A stretch of DNA of 64,000 nt from Rhodothermales bacterium (GCA_028284265.1 JANQRZ010000024.1:192132-256131), one strand, 5' to 3'. Shown: positions 36,265 through 46,860, counted from the first letter of the stretch. The notes: generated from the sequence alone by a model not told the origin. A program made the numbers and translations.

Positions 36265-37206
36265 TCAGGCGCTGGCTCCGGCTTCGATCCGCTCCAGCGC
36301 TTCGACGTTGACGCGGACGTGCTCGGCGGATTCTTGCATCAGCTTCTGCTCGGCCTCGTCGAGTTCGATCTCGACGATCTCCTTCACGCCCTCGCGTCCG
36401 AGCTTGACCGGGACGCCGATGAACATGCCGTCGCAGCCGTACTCGCCGGTGCACCACGCGGCGGCGGGGACCACTCGGTTCGAGTCCTTGATGATGGCCT
36501 CGCACATCTCAGCCGCTGCCGCACCGGGGGCGTACCACGCCGAGGTGCCCATCAACCCGACGATCTCGCCGCCGCCTTTCTTCGTGCGCTCGACGATCTC
36601 GTTGATCCGGCTCTCCGGGAGGAGGTCGGTGACCGGCGTACCCGCGATGGTCGTGTAGCGCGGTAGCGGCACCATCGTGTCGCCGTGGCCGCCGAGGAGC
36701 ATCGCTTGGATGTCCTTCACCGAGACGTTCAGTTCGGTGGCGAGGAAAGCGCGGTAGCGGGCCGTGTCAAGGACGCCCGCCATGCCCATCACGCGGTGGC
36801 TCGGGAAGCCGCTCGTCATGTAGGCCACGTAGGTCATCACGTCGAGCGGGTTCGAGACGATGATGAGGATGGCGTTAGGGCTGGTCTTCGTGAACGCCTC
36901 GGTAACGCTGCGGACGATGCTCGCGTTCTTGGCGAGGAGGTCGTCGCGGCTCATGCCGGGCTTGCGGGGGAGACCGGCGGTGATGACGCAGATGTCCGAG
37001 CCTTCGGTGAGCGCATAGTCGCTGCCGCCGGTGAGGGTGGTGTCGAACTGGTGGATCGGGGCGGACTCCCACAGGTCGAGCGCCTTGCCTTGGGCGACGC
37101 CCTCCTGGATGTCGATGAGGACGACTTCATTCGCCATGTCCTTGCGGGCGACGCATTCGGCAACAGTTGCGCCCACATTTCCGGCGCCAACGACGGTGAC
37201 TTTCAT
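36265..37206 (-). CDS. mdh: Malate dehydrogenase (LDH-like type)
   Basis: Internal Met MKVTVVGAGNVGATVA.... ITAGLPRKPGMSRDDL, and LGGHGDTMVPL. The 34-codon upstream extension is rejected. Confidence 0.93.
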   Translation of the reverse strand: MKVTVVGAGNVGATVAECVARKDMANEVVLIDIQEGVAQGKALDLWESAPIHQFDTTLTGGSDYALTEGSDICVITAGLPRKPGMSRDDLLAKNASIVRSVTEAFTKTSPNAILIIVSNPLDVMTYVAYMTSGFPSHRVMGMAGVLDTARYRAFLATELNVSVKDIQAMLLGGHGDTMVPLPRYTTIAGTPVTDLLPESRINEIVERTKKGGGEIVGLMGTSAWYAPGAAAAEMCEAIIKDSNRVVPAAAWCTGEYGCDGMFIGVPVKLGREGVKEIVEIELDEAEQKLMQESAEHVRVNVEALERIEAGASA

Positions 37207-37444
37207 GATGGTAGGATGCTGGGTGAGAGAGGGGAGAGACGACGGTGCCGAAGCGAAGGGGCACCTACTGTTATCAAGATAGACGCCTGTCGCCGAGTGT
37301 GCAGGCACGGAGGCGGAAACTCTGCGTGAAAATGCGGGGCCGCTGACGGGTAGGCCGTCAGAAGCGTGCGTAGATAGACAACGGCCTCGTCATCCTGCAC
37401 GCGACGGGCGACCGTAGCTTCTGACTCCACTCTTCCTGCTTCCC

Positions 37445-38776
37445 ATGCCCATCCGCCTCGCGCTGCTCGCTCTTCTCGTCGCTTTCGCCTGTCCAGCCGT
37501 CGCCCAAGAGGTCGAGCGCCCGAAGAACCTCATCTTGATGGTGCCCGATGGCTTCGGTCCCGCCTCGGCGACGCTCGCCCGGACGTTTTCCGGCCAACCG
37601 CTCGCGCTCGATCCCATCCTGCGCGGTGCGGTCACCACAGCGGCAACCGATAGCCGGGTCACCGATTCGGCAGCCTCCGCGACGGCCTACGCAGCGGGTA
37701 TTCGCACGTACAACGGGGCCATCGGGCTTGACACGCTCCGCCGACCCGTCGGGACGATTCTCGAAGCGGCGGAGGCCCGGGGCATGGCGACCGGCCTCGT
37801 TGTAACGAGCCGGGTGACACACGCCACGCCTGCCTCCTTCACTGCCCACGTCCCGAACCGCTGGCAGGAGGAGGACATCGCCGAGCAGATAGCGGGGGCC
37901 GGAGTTGACGTGCTCCTCGGCGGCGGGCGGCGCTTCTTCGTGCCCGACGCCGAGGGCGAGGCGCGCATCGACGGGCGCGATCTCCTCGCCGAGATGCAGG
38001 CCGCGGGCATCACGATCGTCACGACCGCCTCAGCCTTCGAGGAGATCGCCGTGACACCAGTCATCGGCCTGTTCGCCGACGATCACCTCGACTACGAGAT
38101 CGACCGGACCGACCAGCCGTCGCTCGCCGCGATGACTCGTCGCGCGCTGGACCTGCTGAGTGCCGACGACGATGGCTTCTTTCTGATGGCCGAAGGCAGC
38201 AGGATCGACCACGCGGGGCACAGCAACGATCCGGTTGCACATGTCCATGACATCCTCGCCTTCGACGAGGCGGTGCAGGTGGTGCTCGACTTTGCACGAA
38301 CTGACGGGCGCACGCTCGTCGTTGCCGTGGCCGACCACGAGACGGGGGGGCTTAGCTTGGGCCGAGATGGTATCTACGCATGGTACCCCGATCGGCTCCG
38401 TCGTGCTACCGCTTCCGCCGACCGGATGCGCCGCCTCATCGAGGATGGAGCCGCTCCGGCCACCGTCCTCCGCGAGTACGCCGCCGTGGACAGTCTCTCT
38501 GCCGCCGAGCAGGCCCTGTTCGCCGAGGGTACGCCGAGCGCCCTCGCCCTCGGGCGGCTCGTCAGCAAGCGCTTCCATCTCGGGTGGACGACAAAAGGAC
38601 ATACCGGCGTGGACGTCGGCCTCTACGCCTTCGGTCCAGGTTCGGAGCCGCTTGTCGGCGTGTGGACCAACGACGCGCTCGGACAGTATCTCGCCGATGT
38701 GCTCGGGCTGGACCTCGCGGCGGCAACCGAGCGGCTGCGTGCCGAGTATCCCGAGGGTTCGCCCTCCGGTCGATAG
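37445..38776 (+). CDS. Alkaline phosphatase (PhoA family)
   Basis: Signal peptide. MVPDGFG and the active-site TDSAASATAYAAG. C-terminal metal-ligand region HTGVDV. Confidence 0.88.
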   Translation: MPIRLALLALLVAFACPAVAQEVERPKNLILMVPDGFGPASATLARTFSGQPLALDPILRGAVTTAATDSRVTDSAASATAYAAGIRTYNGAIGLDTLRRPVGTILEAAEARGMATGLVVTSRVTHATPASFTAHVPNRWQEEDIAEQIAGAGVDVLLGGGRRFFVPDAEGEARIDGRDLLAEMQAAGITIVTTASAFEEIAVTPVIGLFADDHLDYEIDRTDQPSLAAMTRRALDLLSADDDGFFLMAEGSRIDHAGHSNDPVAHVHDILAFDEAVQVVLDFARTDGRTLVVAVADHETGGLSLGRDGIYAWYPDRLRRATASADRMRRLIEDGAAPATVLREYAAVDSLSAAEQALFAEGTPSALALGRLVSKRFHLGWTTKGHTGVDVGLYAFGPGSEPLVGVWTNDALGQYLADVLGLDLAAATERLRAEYPEGSPSGR

Positions 38777-38851
38777 GGTGGGAGTCTGCGCGTTTGAGGG
38801 TGTGGGCACGCTCGCGTACTCCCATTCGCCCAACACTCATACGCAACACTA

Positions 38852-40537
38852 TTGCTGCTCGAAGATGCCACGTTCGTCGTCACCGACACCGAGACCACCG
38901 GGACTCGGGCGGACGAGGACCGGATCATTGAGATCGGTGCGGTAAAAGTCCGGGGCGGCGAGATAGTCGATACGTTCCAGCAACTCATCGACCCGGAGCG
39001 GCACGTCCCGCGCCGGATTACCCGGATCACGGGCCTCTCGACGGCCTCCGTCTTCGGCGAGCCAATCGCGAAGGAGGTGCTCCCGCGCTTCCTAGACTTC
39101 CTCGGTGATGGCGTACTGGTCGCGCACAACCTGCCGTTCGATCTCCGCTTCCTCCAAGCTGAACTCGACCTCGCCGGGTTACCGCCCATCGAGAACGAGG
39201 CGGTTTGCACCGTCCGATTGGCCCGGCGGCTGTTGCCCTCGCTTCCGTCGCGCGGGCTGACGGCGCTCGCCGCGCACTTCAGGATCACCAACAGCGCCCG
39301 CCATCGCGCCCTTGGGGATGCCGAGGCGACGGCGGATATCCTACTTCGCTTCCTCGACCGGCTTCGCTCCGGCTTTGGCCTCACGACCGTCGCTGACCTC
39401 GTCGCTTTCCAGCGCAAGCGCTACAAAGACGCGACTGGCGAGCCGAAGCACATCCAGCGTATCCGCGACACCTACCTCGTCGATCTGCCCGACCGACCGG
39501 GCGTCTACTTCATGAAGCGGAAGAACGGTGAGGTGATCTACGTCGGCAAGGCCAAGAGCCTCCGCAACCGGGTCCGCTCCTACTTCACCGGCATCGACGC
39601 GCACCCGACCCGGACGCGCAAACTCGTCCGTGACGTGCGGATCGTGGAATGGGAAGAGACCGGCAGCGAACTCGGGGCGCTGCTCCTCGAATCGAAGCTC
39701 ATCAAGGCGCTGCTCCCGCGCCACAATCGGGCGCAGCGGCGCTACAAAAACTACCCCTTCCTCCGGCTCGACACAGCCCACGGCTATCCGACGCTCTCGT
39801 GGACCTCGTCGGTGCGGGCCGACGGGGGGGAGTATTACGGTCCGCTCGGGCGGAAGCAGGCAGCGGCGGAACTCGTGGAACTGATCGGGCGCGTGTTTCA
39901 GCTTCGGGAGTGTGACCCGGTGACGTGGCAGACAGCGCGAGCGTCGGGCACGCCATGCCTGTATGGCTCGATGGACCGCTGCCTCGCGCCGTGCGAGGGC
40001 GATAGGGATGAGGCCTATGCCGCCGAGGTCGACCGCGTCCGCCGGTTCCTGACGGGGAAGGACACCGAAGTGCTGGAGACTGTTGAGGTGGCGATGCGTG
40101 AGGCCGCGGCCAACTTAGAGTTTGAGCAGGCCGGGTGGTACCGCGACCAACTGGAGCGTCTTCGCCGGACGCTGGCGCGGCAGCGTCCCTTCGCTACCGC
40201 CGTCCACGATCGCCACGCCGTCCTCGTCGAGCCGGGGCTGACGCCGGGCGAGGTGCAGCTTTTCCTTCTCCGCTTCGGGCGGCTCGTCGGGACCACGTCG
40301 CTCTCGGTGCCGCCCTCAGAAGAAGACACCGAGGCACTTCGTGTCCGCCTCGCCGAGCACTTCGACCCCAGCCTTGCTGCGCCCGAGATTTTCGAGCGGG
40401 CCGACGTGGACGAGATCAACATCCTCGCCCGGTGGGTGCGCCTCAACGAGGACAGCGCGCAGCACATCCGCTGGACGCCAGAGCGAAGCGTGGACGATGT
40501 GCTAGCGGGTGTGGTGGAGGCAGCGCAGGCAGCTTAG
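38852..40537 (+). CDS. DEDDh 3'-5' exonuclease (DnaQ-like) fused to a GIY-YIG (UvrC/Cho-like) nuclease domain
   Basis: ExoI VVTDTETTG, ExoII LVAHNLPFDLRFL, ExoIII HRALGDAEAT. Then GVYFMKRKNGEVIYVGKAKSLRNRVRSYF...ELGALLLESKLIK. The C-terminal region of about 200 aa is unassigned. Confidence 0.82.
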   Translation: MLLEDATFVVTDTETTGTRADEDRIIEIGAVKVRGGEIVDTFQQLIDPERHVPRRITRITGLSTASVFGEPIAKEVLPRFLDFLGDGVLVAHNLPFDLRFLQAELDLAGLPPIENEAVCTVRLARRLLPSLPSRGLTALAAHFRITNSARHRALGDAEATADILLRFLDRLRSGFGLTTVADLVAFQRKRYKDATGEPKHIQRIRDTYLVDLPDRPGVYFMKRKNGEVIYVGKAKSLRNRVRSYFTGIDAHPTRTRKLVRDVRIVEWEETGSELGALLLESKLIKALLPRHNRAQRRYKNYPFLRLDTAHGYPTLSWTSSVRADGGEYYGPLGRKQAAAELVELIGRVFQLRECDPVTWQTARASGTPCLYGSMDRCLAPCEGDRDEAYAAEVDRVRRFLTGKDTEVLETVEVAMREAAANLEFEQAGWYRDQLERLRRTLARQRPFATAVHDRHAVLVEPGLTPGEVQLFLLRFGRLVGTTSLSVPPSEEDTEALRVRLAEHFDPSLAAPEIFERADVDEINILARWVRLNEDSAQHIRWTPERSVDDVLAGVVEAAQAA

Positions 40538-40599
40538 CAAACGTCCCCTTGAGTCTCGCTGGTCTGGTAGCAGAAGGTTTACTTAAGGACCATAGCCTT

Positions 40600-41217
40600 T
40601 CAGGATGCGGGCGGTGTCACGTCACGCTTGGGTGTGATGCCTGCGAAGAAGTCCTGCATCGCATGAAGGTCCGCGTCGAGGTCGCCGGATGGGATGAGGA
40701 CCGGGCCAGCGATGATCTCCTTGCGGCCATAGTCGATGGTGGCGAGTGCAATGGGGACGCCCGCTTCGAGCGCAATGTAGTAGAAGCCCGTGCGCCACGC
40801 TTCGACGGCTCCCCGCGTGCCCTCGGGTGCAATCGCCAGCACGTACTGGTCTCGCTCGTTGAAGACATCGGCGATCTGTCCGACGAGGCCTTGGGGCGCG
40901 TCCCGATAGACCGGCGTGCCACCGAGCCGTCGCATCAGCCAGCCGAGCGGCGGTCGGAACAGCGCATCTTTCCCGAGGAAGCTCGCCCCCAGCCCGAGGG
41001 CTTGCCGAAAGAGGACGCCGAGGATGAAGTCCCAGTTGGAGGTGTGTGGCGCGAAGGCGATGACAAACTTGGGTGCGTCGGGGAAACCTCCGGCCAGCCG
41101 CCAGCCTCCGAGTTTGAGCACCGTCCGCCCGAACCATCGGGTCAGCGCGTTGCCCCGGCGCGGCACGCGGTCGCCGAGGGTGGGTAGGGGCGGGCGTTCG
41201 ATGGGCGGTTCCGGCAT
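40600..41217 (-). CDS. Lysophospholipid (PlsC-family) acyltransferase
   Basis: HX4D motif HTSNWD and APEGTRG. Start at MPEPPI (41217), which avoids overlap with the upstream stop at 41222. Confidence 0.8.
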   Translation of the reverse strand: MPEPPIERPPLPTLGDRVPRRGNALTRWFGRTVLKLGGWRLAGGFPDAPKFVIAFAPHTSNWDFILGVLFRQALGLGASFLGKDALFRPPLGWLMRRLGGTPVYRDAPQGLVGQIADVFNERDQYVLAIAPEGTRGAVEAWRTGFYYIALEAGVPIALATIDYGRKEIIAGPVLIPSGDLDADLHAMQDFFAGITPKRDVTPPAS

Positions 41218-41221
41218 CGCG

Positions 41222-42745
41222 TCAGAGTACACTGACGAGGCGCGTTGCGGTACGCTCGCCGATGGTCAGGCGGCAGAGGTAGGCTCCGGCTGCGCCCAGG
41301 CGCCGGGTATGCACGCTGACGATGTGCTCACCGGCAGCCAGTACCTCACCATCGACCAGCCGAGCACGGAGCCGCCCGCCCACATCGTAGCACGCTAGCC
41401 GAGTCGAAGCCGGAGCGCCGAGGGCGAAGTGGAACGTGAGGCGTTCGGTCGCCGGGTTGGGGTAGGGCGAGAGGCGGAGTGAGGGGAGGGCACCTTGTGC
41501 GTCTTCCGCATCGGTCGCTTTGCCGGGGACGAGGGCAATCAGCACTTCGTCGAGGAGCGCCCGCCAGTTGCCCCACGTATGGCTCTCAGCGACTTCGTGA
41601 TAGACGAGCGATTGGTCGGTCGCCTCGAAGAGGTCGCGCATCCGCCGTGCCCCGTCTTCGGTATCGCGTATGTTGCCCGTGGACATGTAGATGTCGAACA
41701 GGCCGTTCTCGGCATCCGCCATCAGGTCGTAGATCGAGGTTCCTGTCCACCAGTCGGGGCTTTCGCTCACCCAAAACGCGGGCGACTGGATCGCCAGCTT
41801 GCCAAACACGTCGGGGTGCTGCAAGCCGAGGTAGGTCGAGAACAACCCGCCGAGCGACGTGCCGAGGATCACGCGGCTGTCGCGGTCGGTCCGCGTCCGG
41901 TAGGCCGCGTCGATCACGGGGACCAGTTCTTCAGCGATGAAGGCGGCGAAGTCCGGGTTCTGCACGTACTGGTCGGCCCGGAGGTTTTGGCCGTTCACGC
42001 GCGGATCAATGAATACTACAATCACCGACTCTGACCGCCCATCGTCGATCAGGTTGTCGAGCACGATGCGGAACGCCCCGAGGCGGTCGTCGCTGTACTC
42101 GTGCCCGTCGGTGACGTAGATCACAGGGAGGTCGGCGAGGTTGTCGTAGCCCGCTGGCGTGTAGACGCGGTAGTTGATCGAATAGCCGAGGTTCGTGCTT
42201 GCGAGGGTGCGGTTCGAGGTGAAGGCCCCGAGCGGTACGTCGGGGTAGCGGACGGTCTCCTCGGGGAAGACCCATGCGGGCATCCGAAGCTCGGAGTTCG
42301 GGCCGAAGCCGCCCCACTGCTGGTGCGGGTTCACGGGGTCGAGAATCCAGCTTCCGTCACGGACGAACTTGTATTCCAGTCGTGCCGCCTCGGGGAACTG
42401 CCGGATGCGCCACTGCACGTCGCTCTGTCCGACGTACAGCAGGGGCGACTCGGCGTTCGGGTTCCAGCCGTTGTGGTCGCCCGCGAGGCGCACCGTCGTG
42501 CCCGATCCCCGGTAGAGGTAGGCCACCGAATCGCCCAGCGCGAACGGTACCCGCTCGGCATCGACGAGGGCGTCCCAGAACACGTCCATCGCCGCGTCGC
42601 GCTCGGCGGCGTCGGGAATCGAGGCGATGGCGCTGAGGCTGTCGGTGAACTGCTTGAACGTCTCGAAGGCTAGGTCGCCTTGGGCGTGGGCGGGCATGGC
42701 CCAGAGCAGCAGCGCGGCCAGCGAGAGAAGAGGTAGACGAGGCAT
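41222..42745 (-). CDS. Esterase-family alpha/beta hydrolase with an N-terminal CBM48/early-set-like domain and a T9SS C-terminal domain
   Basis: Signal peptide. YRVYTPAGYD...VTDGHEY...GTSLGG (GxSxG). C-terminal LSPYPNPATERLTFHF...AYLCRLT...RLVSVL. Confidence 0.8.
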   Translation of the reverse strand: MPRLPLLSLAALLLWAMPAHAQGDLAFETFKQFTDSLSAIASIPDAAERDAAMDVFWDALVDAERVPFALGDSVAYLYRGSGTTVRLAGDHNGWNPNAESPLLYVGQSDVQWRIRQFPEAARLEYKFVRDGSWILDPVNPHQQWGGFGPNSELRMPAWVFPEETVRYPDVPLGAFTSNRTLASTNLGYSINYRVYTPAGYDNLADLPVIYVTDGHEYSDDRLGAFRIVLDNLIDDGRSESVIVVFIDPRVNGQNLRADQYVQNPDFAAFIAEELVPVIDAAYRTRTDRDSRVILGTSLGGLFSTYLGLQHPDVFGKLAIQSPAFWVSESPDWWTGTSIYDLMADAENGLFDIYMSTGNIRDTEDGARRMRDLFEATDQSLVYHEVAESHTWGNWRALLDEVLIALVPGKATDAEDAQGALPSLRLSPYPNPATERLTFHFALGAPASTRLACYDVGGRLRARLVDGEVLAAGEHIVSVHTRRLGAAGAYLCRLTIGERTATRLVSVL

Positions 42746-42841
42746 AGGAATGAGAGGTCAGGCTGCCGGGAAAGTACGACCAGAGCGGCTGCGCTTGTGG
42801 CGTGGCCCATCGTAGCTTCCGGCCCCTCCGCTTGTCGCCTT

Positions 42842-44446
42842 ATGCCCGCTCCGATCTATCCCGCCGCAACATCGCCCGTCACTGCCCCACGGGAAAGTCA
42901 CGGTGCGCCCGAAGCGATCCGACTCTGCGTCATCGACATCGGCTCGAACTCGTTTCACTCGGTGGTCTTCGATGCCTTTCCCGACGGGACGTTCGAGATC
43001 GTCGACAAGCTCAAGGAGATGGTGCGCCTCGGCGAGGGCGGCTTCCGCAACCACCACCTGACCGACGAGGCACAGCAGCGCGGTCTTGATGCGCTCCACA
43101 AGATCAAGAAGATGGGCGACGAGGACGGTGTGGCCGACTACGTCGCCTGTGCCACCAGTGCCGTTCGGGAGGCCGACAATGGGGGGGCATTCATCGAGCG
43201 GGTGCGCGAGGAGACGGGCCTCTACATCCGCACAATCTCCGGCGAGACCGAGGCCGAGCTGATCTACAAGGCCGTCCGGCAGGCCGTCGATCTCTCCGAG
43301 CCGTCGCTCCTCGTCGACATCGGTGGCGGCTCGACCGAGTTCATCGTAGCCGACCGCAGCGGGACGCACTTCGCCACTAGCCTCAAGCTCGGCGCGGCCC
43401 GGCTGACCGAGGAGTTCGTCTCGACCGACCCGGTATCGAAGACCGAGTTTCAGGCACTACGCGCGCACATCCGAAAGGAACTGGGACCCATCTTCCGTGC
43501 CGCGCACGATGCGGGGGTGAAGCGCGTGGTCGGCAGTTCGGGGACGCTCCAGAACATCGCCTCGCTTGCCGCTTCTGCCTCGGGCGAAGCCGGGCAGATT
43601 TTCGACTACGTCTTCGACGCTCTCACCATTCGCCGCGTCACGAAGACGCTGATGACCTCGGACCGGGCGCAACGCCTCGCCACGCCCGGCATTCAGGAGA
43701 AGCGCGTCGACCAGATCGTCGCCGGGGCCACGCTGATCGACGTGGTGCTCAAAGACCTCGGGGTGAAGCGGTTCGAGGTCAGTCCGGACGCGCTGCGCGA
43801 GGGCATCGTGATCGACTTCGTCGAGCGGAACTACAAGTGGATCAAGCGGCTCGCGCCGTTCCACAACGTCCGGCGGCGGAGCGTCTACGACCTCGCGATC
43901 CGGCTTCGATGGGACGAAGCGCACGCTCGGCACGTTGCCCGCCTAGCGCTCGCGCTGTTCGATGCGACCACGTCGCTCCACGGTCGGGGAGAGGGCGACC
44001 GTGAATTGCTCGAATACGCCGCCGTGCTGCGCGATGTCGGGTATGCCATCAGCCGCCGCAGCCACCACAAGCACTCGCTCTACATCATCAAGCACGCCGA
44101 TCTCAAAGGCTTCACCCCGGACGAGGTCGCCCTCGTGGCGAACATCGCCCGGTATCACCGCGCCGGAATGCCAACGGAGCGCCACGCCGACTACGCCGCG
44201 CTCTCGGACGCACACCGTCGCCTCGTGGACGAACTCGCCTCGCTGCTGCGCCTTGCCAACGGCCTCGACCGCAGCCACTTCCAGAACGTCATTCACTTCG
44301 ATACCGAACTCGCCGATAGCGCACTCTACCTCGACGTGCAGACCAAAGCCGATCCGCAGCTCGACATCTGGGCTGCCGAGCGAGGGGCGGGTCTGTTCGA
44401 GCGGACGTTCGGCCTGCCGGTGGTGGTGCGCGCCGAGTACGGATAG
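42842..44446 (+). CDS. ppx: Exopolyphosphatase / guanosine pentaphosphate phosphohydrolase (Ppx/GppA) with an HD domain
   Basis: Internal Met MPAPIY.... IDIGSNSFH and DIGGGSTE (ASKHA fold). C-terminal HHKHSLYII, HD-like. Confidence 0.88.
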   Translation: MPAPIYPAATSPVTAPRESHGAPEAIRLCVIDIGSNSFHSVVFDAFPDGTFEIVDKLKEMVRLGEGGFRNHHLTDEAQQRGLDALHKIKKMGDEDGVADYVACATSAVREADNGGAFIERVREETGLYIRTISGETEAELIYKAVRQAVDLSEPSLLVDIGGGSTEFIVADRSGTHFATSLKLGAARLTEEFVSTDPVSKTEFQALRAHIRKELGPIFRAAHDAGVKRVVGSSGTLQNIASLAASASGEAGQIFDYVFDALTIRRVTKTLMTSDRAQRLATPGIQEKRVDQIVAGATLIDVVLKDLGVKRFEVSPDALREGIVIDFVERNYKWIKRLAPFHNVRRRSVYDLAIRLRWDEAHARHVARLALALFDATTSLHGRGEGDRELLEYAAVLRDVGYAISRRSHHKHSLYIIKHADLKGFTPDEVALVANIARYHRAGMPTERHADYAALSDAHRRLVDELASLLRLANGLDRSHFQNVIHFDTELADSALYLDVQTKADPQLDIWAAERGAGLFERTFGLPVVVRAEYG

Positions 44447-44509
44447 ACCGGCGGGGCCGGTGTCCGTAGATTCGACCCTCGACTTCTGATTTCTGACTCC
44501 CGACTTGCA

Positions 44510-46171
44510 ATGGACACCATCGCCCCCATCAAAGCGCCGACCGGAACCGCTCTCTCATGCAAAGGCTGGCATCAGGAGGCCGCCCTGCGGATGCTGATGA
44601 ACAACCTCGACCCCGCCGTGGCCGAGGACCCCGACAACCTGATTGTCTACGGCGGCGGCGGCAAGGCGGCGCGCAACTGGGCGTGCTACCACAAGATCGT
44701 CGAGACGCTCCGGCGGCTGGAGAACGACGAGACGCTCATCGTCCAGAGCGGCAAGCCCGTCGGGGTCTTCCGCACGCACGAAGAGGCTCCCCGCGTGCTC
44801 ATCGCCAACGCCCACCTCGTCCCGAAGTGGGCGACCATCGACGAGTTCCGGCGGCTCGACGCGCTCGGCCTGACGATGTACGGGCAGATGACGGCCGGGT
44901 CGTGGATCTACATCGGCACGCAGGGGATTTTGCAGGGGACCTACGAGACCTTCGCCGAGTGCGCCAACCAGCACTTCGGCGGCTCGCTCGAAGGGCGGCT
45001 CGTCGTGACCGCAGGACTCGGCGGGATGGGCGGCGCGCAGCCGCTTGCCGCGACGATGAACGGGGCCGCTTTCCTCGGCATCGAGATCGACCCCGAGCGC
45101 ATCCGCCGCCGCGTCGAGACGGGGTATTGCGACCGCATGGAAAGCGACTTAGACAAGGCACTTGATGTATTGCTTGAAGCAAAGGCGAAGGGTGAGGCGC
45201 TATCGGTCGGTCTCGTCGGCAACGTCGCTGAGGTGCTGCCGGAGTTGGTGAAGCGCGGCGTCGAGGTGGACGTCGTCACCGACCAGACGAGCGCCCATGA
45301 CCTTCGCGTCGGCTACCTCCCGGCGGGCTACTCCATCGAGGAAGCCGACCTCCTCCGCGAGCGCGACGCAGCGGCCTACGAAGATGCTGTGCTCGACTCG
45401 ATGCAGGCGCACATCCGCGCCATGCTCGATCTGAAAGAGGCCGGGTCTATCGCGTTCGACTATGGCAACAACCTCCGGGGTCAGGTCGCCGACCGGCGGG
45501 GCATGACCGAGGCGTTTGACATCCCCGGCTTCGTGCCCGAGTTCATCCGCCCGCTCTTCTGCAAAGGCTCTGGCCCGTTCCGCTGGGCTGCGCTTTCCGG
45601 CAATCCTGCCGACATTGCCGCGACCGACGCAGCGGTACTCGAAACCTTCCCCGAGAAAGAAGCCCTCGCCCGGTGGATTCGGAAGGCGCAGGAGCAGGTT
45701 CATTTCCAGGGCCTACCGTCGCGCATCTGCTGGCTGGAGTACGGCGAGCGTGCCGAGATGGGCGAGCGGTTCAACTGGCTCGTCAAAAAAGGCAAGGTCG
45801 AGGCCCCACTCGTCATCGGGCGCGACCACCTCGACACCGGCTCTGTCGCGTCACCCAACCGCGAGACTGAAGCGATGAAGGATGGCTCCGATGCGATTGC
45901 CGACTGGCCGCTCCTGAACGCGCTCCTCAACACGGCCTGCGGGGCGAGTTGGGTGTCGCTGCACCACGGGGGCGGCGTCGGGATCGGCTACTCGATCCAC
46001 AGCGGCATGGTCTCCGTCGCTGACGGCACCGACATGGCCGACCGCCGCCTCCGCCGCGTCCTCACCGCCGACCCCGGCACCGGCGTCATGCGCCACGCCG
46101 ACGCGGGCTACGATCTCGCTGTCGACACCGCCAATGAGCGCGGCGTGGACCTGCCGATGATTAATGGGTAA
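44510..46171 (+). CDS. hutU: Urocanate hydratase
   Basis: 553 aa. [15 protein letters not shown]-binding motif and the typical N-terminal [21 protein letters not shown]. Confidence 0.95.
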   Translation: MDTIAPIKAPTGTALSCKGWHQEAALRMLMNNLDPAVAEDPDNLIVYGGGGKAARNWACYHKIVETLRRLENDETLIVQSGKPVGVFRTHEEAPRVLIANAHLVPKWATIDEFRRLDALGLTMYGQMTAGSWIYIGTQGILQGTYETFAECANQHFGGSLEGRLVVTAGLGGMGGAQPLAATMNGAAFLGIEIDPERIRRRVETGYCDRMESDLDKALDVLLEAKAKGEALSVGLVGNVAEVLPELVKRGVEVDVVTDQTSAHDLRVGYLPAGYSIEEADLLRERDAAAYEDAVLDSMQAHIRAMLDLKEAGSIAFDYGNNLRGQVADRRGMTEAFDIPGFVPEFIRPLFCKGSGPFRWAALSGNPADIAATDAAVLETFPEKEALARWIRKAQEQVHFQGLPSRICWLEYGERAEMGERFNWLVKKGKVEAPLVIGRDHLDTGSVASPNRETEAMKDGSDAIADWPLLNALLNTACGASWVSLHHGGGVGIGYSIHSGMVSVADGTDMADRRLRRVLTADPGTGVMRHADAGYDLAVDTANERGVDLPMING

Positions 46172-46397
46172 GGGGATGAGATCACAGCCAGAAACAGAAC
46201 TCTCACAGGAAGCTGACCGGCTGACAGGCATACTCTCTGGAAAGAAGGTTCAGACCGTTTGGCGTCACCGGGCAGAAGAAGTGGGAATCGAGTTCGATGA
46301 CGGAAGTCGGCTTTTTGTAGATGTTCAGCCCGATGGTCGGGTTGAGATTTCTGTCACTAATGGTCGCGGCTTGGACATGCCGACGGTCAACGGGTGA
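46164..46397 (+). CDS. Small hypothetical protein with atypical composition
   Basis: 77 aa, overlapping the hutU stop by 8 nt. Third codon positions are frequently A/T, unlike the neighbours. No motif recognised. Confidence 0.4.
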   Translation: MGKGMRSQPETELSQEADRLTGILSGKKVQTVWRHRAEEVGIEFDDGSRLFVDVQPDGRVEISVTNGRGLDMPTVNG

Positions 46398-46403
46398 GGG
46401 CTG

Positions 46404-46766
46404 GTGATGCGTTGGAAGATCGCATTCGGTATCTCAGCCCTGATTGCCATTGCCTCGATTGCATTGCTACTGCTTGTTGTAAGAGGGGAGCGAGGTATTG
46501 CTCGTGCAACGAGTGGCATCGTTATGAAGCAAGCGGAGCGGGATCGAGAGGCATTGGAGGCGATGCGTATCGTCGCACCAATACTCGCGTCGGGAATTGA
46601 GAAGACAGCCTTTGCTGACTCACTTCGTCAGGTGTTCCCGAATAGTGTCGTGTCTGAAGACACTACGAGCGTGAGTGTCGACGGAACGCGATACCTGTTC
46701 GACGGCAACCGAATCGTTCGGGCTGTTCCTGATGCATCTAGCGAACTGGTTCTTTCGCTCGACTGA
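46404..46766 (+). CDS. Small membrane-anchored hypothetical protein with atypical composition
   Basis: 120 aa with an N-terminal TM helix (WKIAFGISALIAIASIALLLLVV). Starts 6 nt after the previous ORF. A/T-richer codons. Confidence 0.45.
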   Translation: MMRWKIAFGISALIAIASIALLLLVVRGERGIARATSGIVMKQAERDREALEAMRIVAPILASGIEKTAFADSLRQVFPNSVVSEDTTSVSVDGTRYLFDGNRIVRAVPDASSELVLSLD

Positions 46767-46790
46767 GTTACCTCTGATACGTACACTCAA

Positions 46791-46860
46791 GTCATCCCCG
46801 CGCAGGCGGGGACCCACAGGGTTTGCAAGTCCGATGGATTCCCGTCTTCGCGGCAATGAC
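46791..46860. repeat. Family-A palindromic doublet repeat, copy A3
   Basis: The 26-nt left arm is identical to A1 and A2. The right arm is a variant, ggattcccgtcttcgcggcaatgac. It ends 32 nt before the GIY-YIG ATG. Confidence 0.85.

Noticed and set aside
40135-41187. 350-aa ORF on the plus strand
   Set aside because: It overlaps the 3' end of the exonuclease gene out of frame and is antisense to the acyltransferase gene. It has no motifs.
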